Assembly: GCA_018266375.1 (NCBI GenBank)
Contig: JAFEAO010000006.1
Location: 222,930 to 286,929, forward strand
Length of the DNA: 64,000 bases
Origin: Bdellovibrionales bacterium
GTDB taxonomy: Bacteria > Bdellovibrionota > UBA1018 > CAIMNF01
Reading direction: 5' to 3'
Below are positions 47,839 through 57,448 of this stretch, one piece after another. The notes below the pieces were generated by a model, which saw nothing but the letters and a program-made list of their open reading frames with translations, was not told where the DNA came from and did no database searches. The position numbers were made by a program, and so were the translations under genes. Positions within the stretch are counted from its first letter, which is position 1; the number at the start of each line of letters is the position of its first letter.

Positions 47839-48498
47839 ATGGAAGAAAACCAACAACCGCCAACGGCTTGGCGTCTGCGCCTTCGCAACGATTTGCACCT
47901 GATGCGCAAAGCTTGGCACTGCTGCATGGGCTTGTTCATGGCGTTTGTCTATTTGATCGGCACGCCGAAAGTCGTTTGCGTGCTGCTCCTGATCGCGGGA
48001 CTCGCGTTTTTCCTGACGGCTGAATACGCACGTCTCAAATTTCCGAAAGTAAACCAGTTCGCGATCAAAGTGATGGGCCCGCTCATGCGTAAGAGCGAGG
48101 TCAACAAGATCAGCGGCACTCCGTTTTATGTCGGCTCAGTACTTTTGTCGGTCATCATCTTTCCGAAATCGATCGCCATCCTCTCGATTCTTTTTTTGGC
48201 GATCGGTGATCCGATCTCATCCGTATTCGGGATCCAGTATGGCGACCTCGGACCGAGGTTTGCGAACGGCAAGTCCCTGATCGGCACGGCGGCGGGGATG
48301 GGCGTGTGCTCGCTCATTACGTTCGTATACTTCATGTGGACCAACAACTCCGCCGGCTCATCGGCTTTGATCGCGATCATGGGCGGAATCGCCGGTGGCG
48401 GTGCCGAGATGATCCCGCTCGATATCGATGACAACTTTTCTATCCCGCTCGTGAGCGGTCTTGCCCTGTGGGTTACGTACCTCTTCGTCGGGATCTAA
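47839..48498 (+). CDS. Polytopic membrane protein, CTP-dependent polyprenol/dolichol kinase or CdsA-like family
   Basis: Six to seven TM helices. GKSLIGTAAGMG and IAGGGAEMIPLDIDDN motifs resembling the CTP_transf_1/DUF92 family. Confidence 0.4.
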   Translation: MEENQQPPTAWRLRLRNDLHLMRKAWHCCMGLFMAFVYLIGTPKVVCVLLLIAGLAFFLTAEYARLKFPKVNQFAIKVMGPLMRKSEVNKISGTPFYVGSVLLSVIIFPKSIAILSILFLAIGDPISSVFGIQYGDLGPRFANGKSLIGTAAGMGVCSLITFVYFMWTNNSAGSSALIAIMGGIAGGGAEMIPLDIDDNFSIPLVSGLALWVTYLFVGI

Positions 48499-48501
48499 AG
48501 C

Positions 48502-50514
48502 ATGAACCTCCTGAAACAAACGGCGTTGGTCTTGGGTTTGGTGAGTCTGAGTCTCGGTGGCTGGGCGCTTTTTAAGAACTGGCGCCAGAAGCTCGCCATC
48601 CTTTATTCGATCCTGTGCTTTACCGTCGCGGGCTGGGCGCTGAGCTTTGTTTCGTACGCAACGCTCATGGGCCGCATCTCCAAGGACATCCACTGGATCT
48701 TCAACATCTGGCTCGCGCCGATCGGCGTGTTGATCGTGTCTAAAATTTTGTCCGCCCGGGACAAGTGGGGAAAGTGGTTTTTCCGGGTCAGCCTCATCGG
48801 CGCGGTTCCGCTCAGTCTCTCGATCATGTTTTCGATTCATGCAATTACGGACGAGGACTGGTTTTGGGTGCTCGTCCGTTTTTGGCCGACGTTCATTTTA
48901 ATGGAATTTATCCATGTCCTGATCGCCGATCTCATCAAGCATCAACCGGTCGACATCGACTTTATTTCGACCAAAAAACGCCGTTGGCTCTATGGGGGTT
49001 TGGTCGTGAGTCTTGCGAGTTGCTCGTTTGACCACATCCCGAACATGGGCTACCTCGTCCCTTCGATCGGAAACCTCGCGTTCGCCGCTTATCTCGCGTT
49101 TGCAAGCCAGGTGATGAGTCCGCAAAAGATCCTCGGGATCGAAGCGCTCTTATCGCGCTTTTTCGCGGTGGTGATTTTATCGCTCGTCATTACCGGGTAC
49201 TTCGCGCTTTTGTACCAGTACATGAGCGAGACCTTCGGGTTGTTCGTGCTTAACTCATTTTTGATTTCTTTTTCGGTACTGGCGCTTTGGAGCCCGCTCG
49301 TGACTTTGTTTAGGATCATCGCCCGGCGTTTGTTTCGGAGCGAGAGCGAGATGCGCAAGGCTCAGGTCGAGAGTTTCAAGCTCGGGATCAGCGGCGTGAC
49401 CTCGCTCGTGGAACTCGGCTATCTTCTTGAAGGTTTTTTCAGGCAGGCGATGAAATCCAAGGAGCCGCGTCTTGAATTTGATTTGGCCGGCGTGCGATTG
49501 CCGGATTCGGTCAAAAATTTTTTTACGAGGCTTGAAGACCGATGGGAGACGCCGCTTTTGCACCGGGCACTCGTGCAGATGGAACGTGACCAAGTCCTTA
49601 CCCACGAGCGTCGCCACGAACTCGATTTGCTTTTGCAATATCTCGATCACTACCGGTGCGATCTGATTTTCCCGGTCTTTGCCGACAAAAAGGTCATTGC
49701 GCTCGTCCGGGTAGAATTCCTCACTTCGGTGGATGAGTGGACGGTGAGCCTGAGTTTTTACGCGTTGGTCGCGCAAGCGCTTCAGGCACTCGGGCCCGCG
49801 CTTCAGCGGATCGCTCAAGTCGAGAGCACGCTCGAAAAGGATCGTCTCGCGCTCATGGGTGAGATGGCGGCGGGCTTAGCACACGAGATCCGGAACCCGC
49901 TAGGTGCCATCAAGGGCGCCACCGAACTCATGATCCAGCAAGAAGGTCAGCAGAAAGACGGCACTTGGACCAAAGTGATTCAAGAAGAGGTCGAACGCCT
50001 CAATCGCCTTGTCTCGCAGTTCCTGGATTTCTCTCACTCGAATCCCGAGAATCCCGAAACCGTAAATTTGTACGAACTCGCCTCGCGTGTGATCGATAGT
50101 TTCAAACCGAGTTTACCGAAGACGGCAACGCTTGAGCTGATCCCGCCGAGCGAAACCATTCAAGCGATGATCGCGCCCGATCAGATCCAGCAGGTGCTTC
50201 TCAATCTTCTGCAAAATGCCTTGAAAGCAACCGACGGGCGTTCGGAGACAAAAATCCAAGTCCAATTGTTTCAAACTGGATTCATGGTGTCAGACAACGG
50301 CGTCGGCATGAGCGAAGACACGCTTGCCCGCGTCTTCCAGCCGTTCTTCAGCAGTTTCCGTACCGGAAGCGGCCTCGGACTCTCTATTTGCCAGCGCCTT
50401 GTCGCTTCTAATGACGGATCGATCCAAATTCAGTCTCGACTGGGCGAGGGCACCACGGTAAAAGTAAATCTATGCGAGACAAGATCCTCCTTATTGATGA
50501 CGAGCCGAACCTAA
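48502..50514 (+). CDS. Membrane sensor histidine kinase
   Basis: At least eight N-terminal TM helices. HisKA H-box MGEMAAGLAHEIRNPLGAIKG. HATPase_c (N, G1, G2 boxes: NLLQNALKAT, DNGVGM, GSGLGLSI). Confidence 0.85.
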   Translation: MNLLKQTALVLGLVSLSLGGWALFKNWRQKLAILYSILCFTVAGWALSFVSYATLMGRISKDIHWIFNIWLAPIGVLIVSKILSARDKWGKWFFRVSLIGAVPLSLSIMFSIHAITDEDWFWVLVRFWPTFILMEFIHVLIADLIKHQPVDIDFISTKKRRWLYGGLVVSLASCSFDHIPNMGYLVPSIGNLAFAAYLAFASQVMSPQKILGIEALLSRFFAVVILSLVITGYFALLYQYMSETFGLFVLNSFLISFSVLALWSPLVTLFRIIARRLFRSESEMRKAQVESFKLGISGVTSLVELGYLLEGFFRQAMKSKEPRLEFDLAGVRLPDSVKNFFTRLEDRWETPLLHRALVQMERDQVLTHERRHELDLLLQYLDHYRCDLIFPVFADKKVIALVRVEFLTSVDEWTVSLSFYALVAQALQALGPALQRIAQVESTLEKDRLALMGEMAAGLAHEIRNPLGAIKGATELMIQQEGQQKDGTWTKVIQEEVERLNRLVSQFLDFSHSNPENPETVNLYELASRVIDSFKPSLPKTATLELIPPSETIQAMIAPDQIQQVLLNLLQNALKATDGRSETKIQVQLFQTGFMVSDNGVGMSEDTLARVFQPFFSSFRTGSGLGLSICQRLVASNDGSIQIQSRLGEGTTVKVNLCETRSSLLMTSRT

Positions 50515-51659
50515 GAATGATCTTATCTGCGATGCTCGAGCGCGAAGACTTTCAGGTCTTTGCGTTTGAAGGATTCAGCGCCGCCAAATCGACGCTCAAC
50601 AATGAAGACATCGATGTCGTTCTGACCGATCTTGCCATGCCTGAAGTGACGGGTATGGACGTGCTTAAGTATTGCCAAGAGTATTCGCCCGATCTTCCGG
50701 TGATTATGATCACCGCATTCGGTACGATCGAGGCCGCCGTTGCCGCGCTCAAAAACGGCGCGTTCGATTTTGTACTCAAGCCTTTCGATCAAGAAGAACT
50801 CTTGCGTAGTATCCGCAAAGCGATTCAAAGCCGCAAACGCCGCAAGCGCGAGCCCGCGCTCGAGATGATGACGGCGGTCGGGGTGGGGCCGGTCGCGTTC
50901 CCTCTCTTCGGGGACGAGGCCGAGACCATGAAGCTTCGCGTGGCGGTCAGTCGTTTCTCGAAAACAAACAGTAACATCATGATGCTCGGCGAAGTGGGGA
51001 CGGGTAAGCGGAGTATTGCGTACGAGATCCACCGCAGGTCCGATCGCGCACGCGGTCCGTTCATTCAGATTCAAGCGGATGCGATCCCCGAAGTGTTTCA
51101 AAAATCCGAGCTCTTTGGAGTGGAGAAGGGCGCCTTGCCGATGGCACTGTTTTCAAAACCCGGTGCGATGGAACTCGCGCAAGGCGGGACACTATTGATC
51201 GAAGAGGCGGGTGCTCTCGGGGTAGAAACGCAGAACGCGCTCTTCACGGCGATGCAGGATGAGTGTTTTTCGCGTATTGGTGGCGCAAAGAGGTTTCCGC
51301 TCGATTTCCGTTTGGTTGTTACTACCTCTAAGGATTTAGGCAAGATGGTCAAAGACGGAAAGTTTCATGTCGAGCTCGAGTATAAGCTGACGACTGAGAC
51401 CATCGCTCTAAAACCGCTTCGGGAGCGCCAGCAGGATCTAGCCAAGCAGTTGGCACCGTATTTTATTACCCGCTCATGTCATCGTCGCGGCATTCCAATG
51501 CTTGAAACCGAGCCCGAGGCACTCGAGTGGCTGACAATCCAGCCCTGGCCGGGGAACTTGGGCGAACTCGAACGCAAGATCGAGCAAGCGATCAACACGG
51601 CTCACGCTCGGGGTTCGCGTAAACTTCAGGTTCGCGACCTCGCCAACCGGACAAATTAG
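50472..51659 (+). CDS. NtrC-family response regulator (REC plus degenerate sigma-54-interaction AAA+ domain, no DNA-binding HTH)
   Basis: REC with Asp (VVLTDLAMPE). Walker A GEVGTGKRS. The GAFTGA loop is replaced by GALPMA. Walker B is LLIEE. The protein ends after the AAA+ domain without an HTH. 43-nt overlap with the kinase gene. Confidence 0.75.
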   Translation: MRDKILLIDDEPNLRMILSAMLEREDFQVFAFEGFSAAKSTLNNEDIDVVLTDLAMPEVTGMDVLKYCQEYSPDLPVIMITAFGTIEAAVAALKNGAFDFVLKPFDQEELLRSIRKAIQSRKRRKREPALEMMTAVGVGPVAFPLFGDEAETMKLRVAVSRFSKTNSNIMMLGEVGTGKRSIAYEIHRRSDRARGPFIQIQADAIPEVFQKSELFGVEKGALPMALFSKPGAMELAQGGTLLIEEAGALGVETQNALFTAMQDECFSRIGGAKRFPLDFRLVVTTSKDLGKMVKDGKFHVELEYKLTTETIALKPLRERQQDLAKQLAPYFITRSCHRRGIPMLETEPEALEWLTIQPWPGNLGELERKIEQAINTAHARGSRKLQVRDLANRTN

Positions 51660-51679
51660 CAGAGCTCTCTGTCTGGCAA

Positions 51680-52885
51680 CTAGTTATAGGGCCGCTGATC
51701 ACCAGATACGTCAACGATCTGGTGGGAGATTGGAATTCCGGCGGTATCCATCTCAATGATTAAGGCGTTCCGTTTGGTATGAGGATTGCCGAATGACAGC
51801 ACTGCCAACAGAGGCACTTTCGCCACTAGATCCGCAGTAAATTCGTTTCCGGCGATTTCGACTTTGACTGAAGCTCTATTCGTTCCAACGGTTCCACCCG
51901 CAAGTATTGGATCAACCACTTCGATTTGCAACCGACGTAGTACACCTGCCTGATCGAATTGTGCAATGTAATAGATGCCGTCATATCTGCGTTTTTTTGA
52001 TGATCCGACCATAGAAAGTCTAGCTGGGTTAATACTTCCGAGCCGGAAGGCTATGCTATCATCCAACATGCCGGTAAGTTTCGCAGTAGTCACGCCATTT
52101 TCATACCTTACGCTGCCGCCGCTATAAAAACGCCGCGACGTGGAATAATTAACCGGATAACCCCAATACTGAAATCTCAAATTCTCCTTCACTAATTGCG
52201 CGAATTCTTTGAAACTCAACCCGTCGAATTGAGTCGAACTGATAGCGCGGTTGAACTCACGCACGCCATCTGAATTCGTCGCATCCAGTTCGGCCTCGAG
52301 ATTGTAGATTGCTTCGTGAAGTCTGAGTCCCGCACGATCCCGATCAGACAACAGATCATAAAATTGCTGAACGAAAATGTACTTGTAATTATTCATGCCA
52401 ACCTTAACCCGATTGAAGGCCGCTTGGCGAGGTACACAATCTTCGCTCGGAGGATCAACTAATTCCTTGGCATCTGGAATCAACGCCAACATGTATCCAT
52501 CTTTGTCCAAATCGATAAACTTTTCCTGGCTTGCGATTTCGGTCAACTTATTGCGGATTTTGTCTGCAAAGTAAGGCGTTTTTTTGTAAAGTCGGTTAAG
52601 TGCGAGGTCGATCATTGTTTGCGTATCATCAACGCCGGGAGAATCGGGACCCAGATCGATGGTCCAAGAAGAAAGAACCCGAGCCTCCTCATAATCGACA
52701 AGTTTAGCTGAAATCGGTTTCCTTTTGCCTGTGAGGGGGTCTTTCGGACCGTAGCACACGAAGGCTCGTCCGCCGTGGCCATCACGACCACTTTGAGCAA
52801 AGGCTGGATTTGTCGACAGGACACTTAAAGAGATCAGGCAGCCGATTAAATAGAACTTGGTTTTACCTGGTTTTGGGGGTTTCAT
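51680..52885 (-). CDS. Secreted hypothetical protein
   Basis: Signal peptide (YLIGCLISLSVLSTNPAFAQ). No recognisable domain. Confidence 0.5.
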   Translation of the reverse strand: MKPPKPGKTKFYLIGCLISLSVLSTNPAFAQSGRDGHGGRAFVCYGPKDPLTGKRKPISAKLVDYEEARVLSSWTIDLGPDSPGVDDTQTMIDLALNRLYKKTPYFADKIRNKLTEIASQEKFIDLDKDGYMLALIPDAKELVDPPSEDCVPRQAAFNRVKVGMNNYKYIFVQQFYDLLSDRDRAGLRLHEAIYNLEAELDATNSDGVREFNRAISSTQFDGLSFKEFAQLVKENLRFQYWGYPVNYSTSRRFYSGGSVRYENGVTTAKLTGMLDDSIAFRLGSINPARLSMVGSSKKRRYDGIYYIAQFDQAGVLRRLQIEVVDPILAGGTVGTNRASVKVEIAGNEFTADLVAKVPLLAVLSFGNPHTKRNALIIEMDTAGIPISHQIVDVSGDQRPYN

Positions 52886-53726
52886 CTAATACTCCTTGGG
52901 TTAATGGAAAAAGGGAAACGGTGAGGGCATAGACAGAGTCCAATGACGATGCGCTCTCAACATTGAGGATTTGGTTCATTTTTTTCTGGAAATCGGCGAT
53001 CACCTTTTTAACTTCCGGAATCTTCTTTGAGTCTACCGCCATGGTTGTCGACGTCTGACTCCGTTTGTGGAACGGGACTTCTTCGATAGCCAGAAGAGCC
53101 TTTTCTAAGAGTTGACGCTGCATATTCCTAAAAGCGGAAGCCGTGAACGGATTGGAAAGCGTGGTTGAATACCCGCCGGTTAAGTCTCTCCACGATCCAT
53201 CCTGAAGAACTTCCAGCATTTCGAGCCTCACTAGGCGCTCGATCGCAATTTGTACTTCTGTCGAGGTTATCCCCAAAATCCGAGCCACCTTTGATGGATT
53301 GGGATCAAAATCAGGAAGCCTGCAAAGCTCCATGATCGCGTAGTGGTACCAATCTGAGATTACTTGGAAAGCGTCCAGAGTGAGTTGCTGATATTGGATG
53401 TCAGTCGAGTCGACGGGGCCTGCTTTCAAGCGAGCGTTTTTACGTGGTGAGGCTTTTTCGAATTGGGCGATTTGGTTTGGGCTGAGACCGATCTTTAATC
53501 CAAGCTTTTGGATCAATTGCTTTCGAAGGGGCCGCTGCCCTTTCATTACTTTTGCCAAAGTAGATTTATCCATTCCGAGAGCTTTAGCAAAAGCACTTAA
53601 CGAGTACCGTTCGTTTTTGCGGCATCGCTTTAGAAACTCATGCTGCAGGTAAATCCGGAAGTCAGCAATGCTGTCGGTGCCTGGCTCTGAAGCTTGCGGA
53701 GGTGGAAATAATTTTTGTATAAACAT
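52863..53726 (-). CDS. TIGR02147/DUF4423-family HTH regulator
   Basis: N-terminal pattern RIYLQHEFLKRCRKNERYSLSAFAKALGMDKSTLAKVMKGQR characteristic of this family. Start trimmed to MFIQKL (the ORF track extends to 53777). Confidence 0.55.
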   Translation of the reverse strand: MFIQKLFPPPQASEPGTDSIADFRIYLQHEFLKRCRKNERYSLSAFAKALGMDKSTLAKVMKGQRPLRKQLIQKLGLKIGLSPNQIAQFEKASPRKNARLKAGPVDSTDIQYQQLTLDAFQVISDWYHYAIMELCRLPDFDPNPSKVARILGITSTEVQIAIERLVRLEMLEVLQDGSWRDLTGGYSTTLSNPFTASAFRNMQRQLLEKALLAIEEVPFHKRSQTSTTMAVDSKKIPEVKKVIADFQKKMNQILNVESASSLDSVYALTVSLFPLTQGVLDETPKTR

Positions 53727-53840
53727 GACAGACGCGAGAATAACGCGTTGTATTATAAATTGCAACATTTTGCCCATTATTCGTGGTCAAAAATAACAAT
53801 TATATTACAAATAGTTATGTTAACTGTTTAAGTTTTGCCC

Positions 53841-54782
53841 TCATTGATTTTTATCGGGGGCTCTCCGCGACTTCGCGATTTCAATCCGTCCGGCCGAGTC
53901 TTGGGTTAAATTTCCCGTTTCAAATTCGAGTTCGAGTTCGGCGTAAAACGCGCTTAGGCTCATGCCTTTGCCGGTTGCAAGGTTCATCAGCGTTTGAAGA
54001 TGGCACGCACCGAATTCATTTTTGAGCTCCAAGACCCAAGTTTGAGCTTTTGAGAGCGCCGTCTTTGAAGCCGACAGTCCAAGTTCCGGATTCCCGGATA
54101 AGAATTTCCACGAGGTGGCAAGGCTCTGCACGTCAAATAACGGGTCCGCGATTGGGTACCGGTTAGTGTCTTTTTTGCTCAGCAGTTTTTGGTTCCCTTT
54201 AAAGAAGTGGTCGCTCGGAAAACACGAGGTCGCGTAGAGGTCCCGGTTGAGTTCCATTGCGTGTTTTGCGGTGTTTAAGGTGCCGGAAACTTCGGCCGCT
54301 TCGACGACCCAGGTGGCTTTGGCGAACCCCGCGATCAGACGATTGCGGTCCAGAAAATTCCTTTCAAAGGCAGGTGTATGGTTCTCAAAGTGAGACACCA
54401 TCATTCCGCCGCTTTCCAGGATTTTTCGGCGTAACGCTCGATTCTCGCGTGGATAATCGACGTCGAGTCCGCACCCGAGCACCGCGATCGTGCGAAGCCC
54501 GTTCTCGATCGCGAGCTCGTGCGCGCGCGAATCGATGCCGCGTGCAAACCCCGAGATGATGATCAAGCCGGTTCCTTGAAGGTCCCGCAGGACCGATTCG
54601 AGAAGCTCAAACGAACGCCGCTGCGGGTACCTTGTGCCCACGATGGCAAGCCCGTTCTCCGGAAGTCGTTCGAACAACTTCGCCGGATCGTCCGGAGATC
54701 GGACTCGAAGCGTTTTAGCTTTGTGGTCGGTAATGGTTTTGAAGATCGGAAGTGCGTCGACGGAGTAAGTATGGTCTTGCAT
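53841..54782 (-). CDS. dprA: DNA processing protein DprA (Smf)
   Basis: Rossmann-like DprA core (AIVGTRYPQRRSFELL, IIISGFARGIDSRAHELAI, VVEAAEVSGTLNTAKHAMELNRDLYA). Confidence 0.85.
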   Translation of the reverse strand: MQDHTYSVDALPIFKTITDHKAKTLRVRSPDDPAKLFERLPENGLAIVGTRYPQRRSFELLESVLRDLQGTGLIIISGFARGIDSRAHELAIENGLRTIAVLGCGLDVDYPRENRALRRKILESGGMMVSHFENHTPAFERNFLDRNRLIAGFAKATWVVEAAEVSGTLNTAKHAMELNRDLYATSCFPSDHFFKGNQKLLSKKDTNRYPIADPLFDVQSLATSWKFLSGNPELGLSASKTALSKAQTWVLELKNEFGACHLQTLMNLATGKGMSLSAFYAELELEFETGNLTQDSAGRIEIAKSRRAPDKNQ

Positions 54783-55161
54783 CCGTCAGCGAACTTCAAG
54801 ATTTAGGCCATTAACCGGGTGGTTGTTGATCCGCAGTGAGTACGAGCTGCATGATTGTCGTACTGCCGAGAAAATTCATTGCCTTTCGAAGGTCAGCAAC
54901 GCCTCCCGGGATGGCGTAGTAGGCGGAGTTTACAAACTGCAAAATCCTCTCAGTAAGACAATGATCGGAGCGGATGAGATAGTAAATCTCATCCGTCGTC
55001 GCTCCGGACGGAAAAGTCGTTCTAAGATCAGTTCATGGAGTTTCATAAAGTTTCCCTCCCACCCGGTGATATTGCATCAGTGGTGCCAACGACTCCGCAG
55101 GGCGGAAAAGACACGTATTAAACTAAAATAATTTAAAAAATAGAACGAATTTGTTCCGCGA

Positions 55162-56307
55162 TCAATCGTGGAGGAGTTCGTCGACCAGCAAGCGGGAGAG
55201 CTCCGGACAGATCAATTGATTCCGCCGACCGAACTCCTTGCTGAAGTACTCGGGGTCAGGCACCACATGATTGACCATCGTGAAGTAAGAAGTATCAGGC
55301 CTGCCGGTTCGTGCCAGCGTTAAAGACTGCTCCATCGAGAGAAGCCCGCTTTGTAAAGCCGTATTTCCGGCACGGCTTAAGTTTTGAGCGATTGCGGTTG
55401 CGACAATATGGCTGAGATACCCAAACCCGGTGTGAACCTGATAAAGCGGGCTGTCCATCGGGTCACTAAAAATTTGAGTTGTCCAAAGTGAATTCGAGAT
55501 GCCGTTTGTGGAGAGCAGCGTGCTCCAGTCGATGTTGATTTCGGCGTATTTTGGGGTCGTCCTCACCGATGCGAGTTGGGTCGCGTTCAAACGACAATTG
55601 AGCGCCTTTACCGCGAAGCCTAAGCGTTTGTAGAGCGGGACCTTCTCTTCGAGAATTCTCGCATTTCGGAGCGCGAGGTACCGGGTGACGAGCATGCCGT
55701 AATGGAGGTTTGGCTCCTCGTCGTTTTGTTCGAGATAGCGATAGCGAGGATGAGCGGGTTTGGCTTTCAACCATTCTTGAAAATCCTTGTCGTCCTCTTG
55801 CATCCGATCGTGAAACGATCCGTAAGTTCCTGGCCACTTCGGATATTCGCCCCAATTGGGTCTCGGATCGGAGCCGCCGTGACAGCCGAGGCAACTCACT
55901 TTACCGTCGGAGGATTTTCCGGACTCCGAGAACATCACCGGATCGGACGAGCCCCGCTTTGGAAATTGAATCTGCCTGAAATCGAATTTTCGAGTCGAGG
56001 TACGGAACTGAATACACTCAAAAGTGTCGCCGCGAAGTTGGGTTGCGTCGCCGTTGAACGAGCACGAGAGTCTGCCGTCGCTCCCGTAGAGAACCACGCG
56101 CGGATTGGTACGGCTTGCACCTTGAAGACTCCGGCTGGTGTGGATTAAAGTGTAATGGCTTCTGAAATCCGTCGGCAGTACGGGCAAGAGCGACTCGATC
56201 GTGCGAATGGATTTTGTTTGGATGAGTGAACTCAGGTCCTCGTATTCAAATCCGTGCGAGGTCGTGGCAACAAGTGCAGAGAGAATGAGGAACGCGCCCA
56301 CCATCAT
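55162..56307 (-). CDS. Secreted protein with a single CxxCH heme-binding motif (PSCyt/DUF1549-like?)
   Basis: Signal peptide MMVGAFLILSALVATTSHG. CLGCHGGSDPRPNW motif. ATGA-coupled to the upstream DUF1501 gene. Confidence 0.5.
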   Translation of the reverse strand: MMVGAFLILSALVATTSHGFEYEDLSSLIQTKSIRTIESLLPVLPTDFRSHYTLIHTSRSLQGASRTNPRVVLYGSDGRLSCSFNGDATQLRGDTFECIQFRTSTRKFDFRQIQFPKRGSSDPVMFSESGKSSDGKVSCLGCHGGSDPRPNWGEYPKWPGTYGSFHDRMQEDDKDFQEWLKAKPAHPRYRYLEQNDEEPNLHYGMLVTRYLALRNARILEEKVPLYKRLGFAVKALNCRLNATQLASVRTTPKYAEINIDWSTLLSTNGISNSLWTTQIFSDPMDSPLYQVHTGFGYLSHIVATAIAQNLSRAGNTALQSGLLSMEQSLTLARTGRPDTSYFTMVNHVVPDPEYFSKEFGRRNQLICPELSRLLVDELLHD

Positions 56308-57389
56308 GCCCGCACTCCAAGATTCGGAATGATCCGGCCGGGGGAAGGTCTAAGACCGAGCACCGAGCGCAAAGTCTCCGTTACGTTTTCCGGACGGATG
56401 AAGTCGCTGGTACCGGTTTCAAACTCAAATGGGCAACCCACATGCAAAGACGGCGAATGGTTTTGAGGGTTCCGGGCGATGACTTGGCTTCGGCCAAAAG
56501 TTTGGCCGCCGCGAACGTTCTTGCCCGCGATCAAACAAGAATTAGTCATCGGATTGTGGTCTTTGCCGCTATTCGGGTTCAAAGCAGGCGTGCGAGAAAA
56601 CTCGTTGGAAACAAAGAACGTGGTGGCCTCGAACAGACTGCCGTTTTTGTAAGGAATACTTTTGAAATAATCGAAGATCGTCGAAACGGAATCCCAGAAT
56701 TCTTTTTGAGCTTGCAGGTGAGTTCCTGGATGATTGCGATGGGTATCGAGATTGCCCGAAGTACGAACGGCAAATTGGGCGTCGAACGCTTTGCCGGATA
56801 CAAATGCCGACGCCATCAACCGAACTTCTTCGTCTTGAGTGTGCTCTCCCGGACCGAGAAGGCGATCTAAATCGGTAAACACAGAAGTCGGACCTGGAGC
56901 AAAAATGGTGGCGCCATTGTGGAGGAGACCCAACTCCGTCGACTCAAAGCTGGTTGCATGAATCACACTGAGTATCGCCTGTACTTTGTGGGAGTCGCCC
57001 GATTGCATGTACTGCAAAAGCGCAGGGTGACCTTTGTCAGCACCCATTTGGATTCCGTTAATGACAGCGACGTCACTCGCGTGTCTCGAGAGCGCCAAGG
57101 CCGAGGGTCCGAGCCGCAGTCCATGGACCGTAGAGATATCGGCGTCGCGATACTCGAGGTACGCATCGAGTGGACTTGCGATGGTGGAAGGTAAAATCGG
57201 ATCGAGTCCGAGAGTGCAATCCAAGCCGGCATTGTCAGCTGGGACGAGGCATACAAAAAATCCGGTACGACGCGCTTGAAATAATTGCGAATTTAAAAAC
57301 GAATAAGCGCTGGCGGGTGGCGATTTGAGAATAGCAAGGACGCCCAATGACAGACCTTGAATCACAAAATCACGACGCGACTGGTTCAT
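56304..57389 (-). CDS. DUF1501-family Tat-exported protein (sulfatase/alkaline-phosphatase-like)
   Basis: Twin-arginine signal SRRDFVIQGLSLGVLA. DTHRNH and NEFSRTP motifs resembling the DUF1501 DTH and GEFGRTP hallmarks. Confidence 0.55.
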   Translation of the reverse strand: MNQSRRDFVIQGLSLGVLAILKSPPASAYSFLNSQLFQARRTGFFVCLVPADNAGLDCTLGLDPILPSTIASPLDAYLEYRDADISTVHGLRLGPSALALSRHASDVAVINGIQMGADKGHPALLQYMQSGDSHKVQAILSVIHATSFESTELGLLHNGATIFAPGPTSVFTDLDRLLGPGEHTQDEEVRLMASAFVSGKAFDAQFAVRTSGNLDTHRNHPGTHLQAQKEFWDSVSTIFDYFKSIPYKNGSLFEATTFFVSNEFSRTPALNPNSGKDHNPMTNSCLIAGKNVRGGQTFGRSQVIARNPQNHSPSLHVGCPFEFETGTSDFIRPENVTETLRSVLGLRPSPGRIIPNLGVRA

Positions 57390-57448
57390 GCTGCTCCCAT
57401 CAAAGATGGAATTAGCATTAATGGAGGGATTGGGCTAGAAAATGTTGG

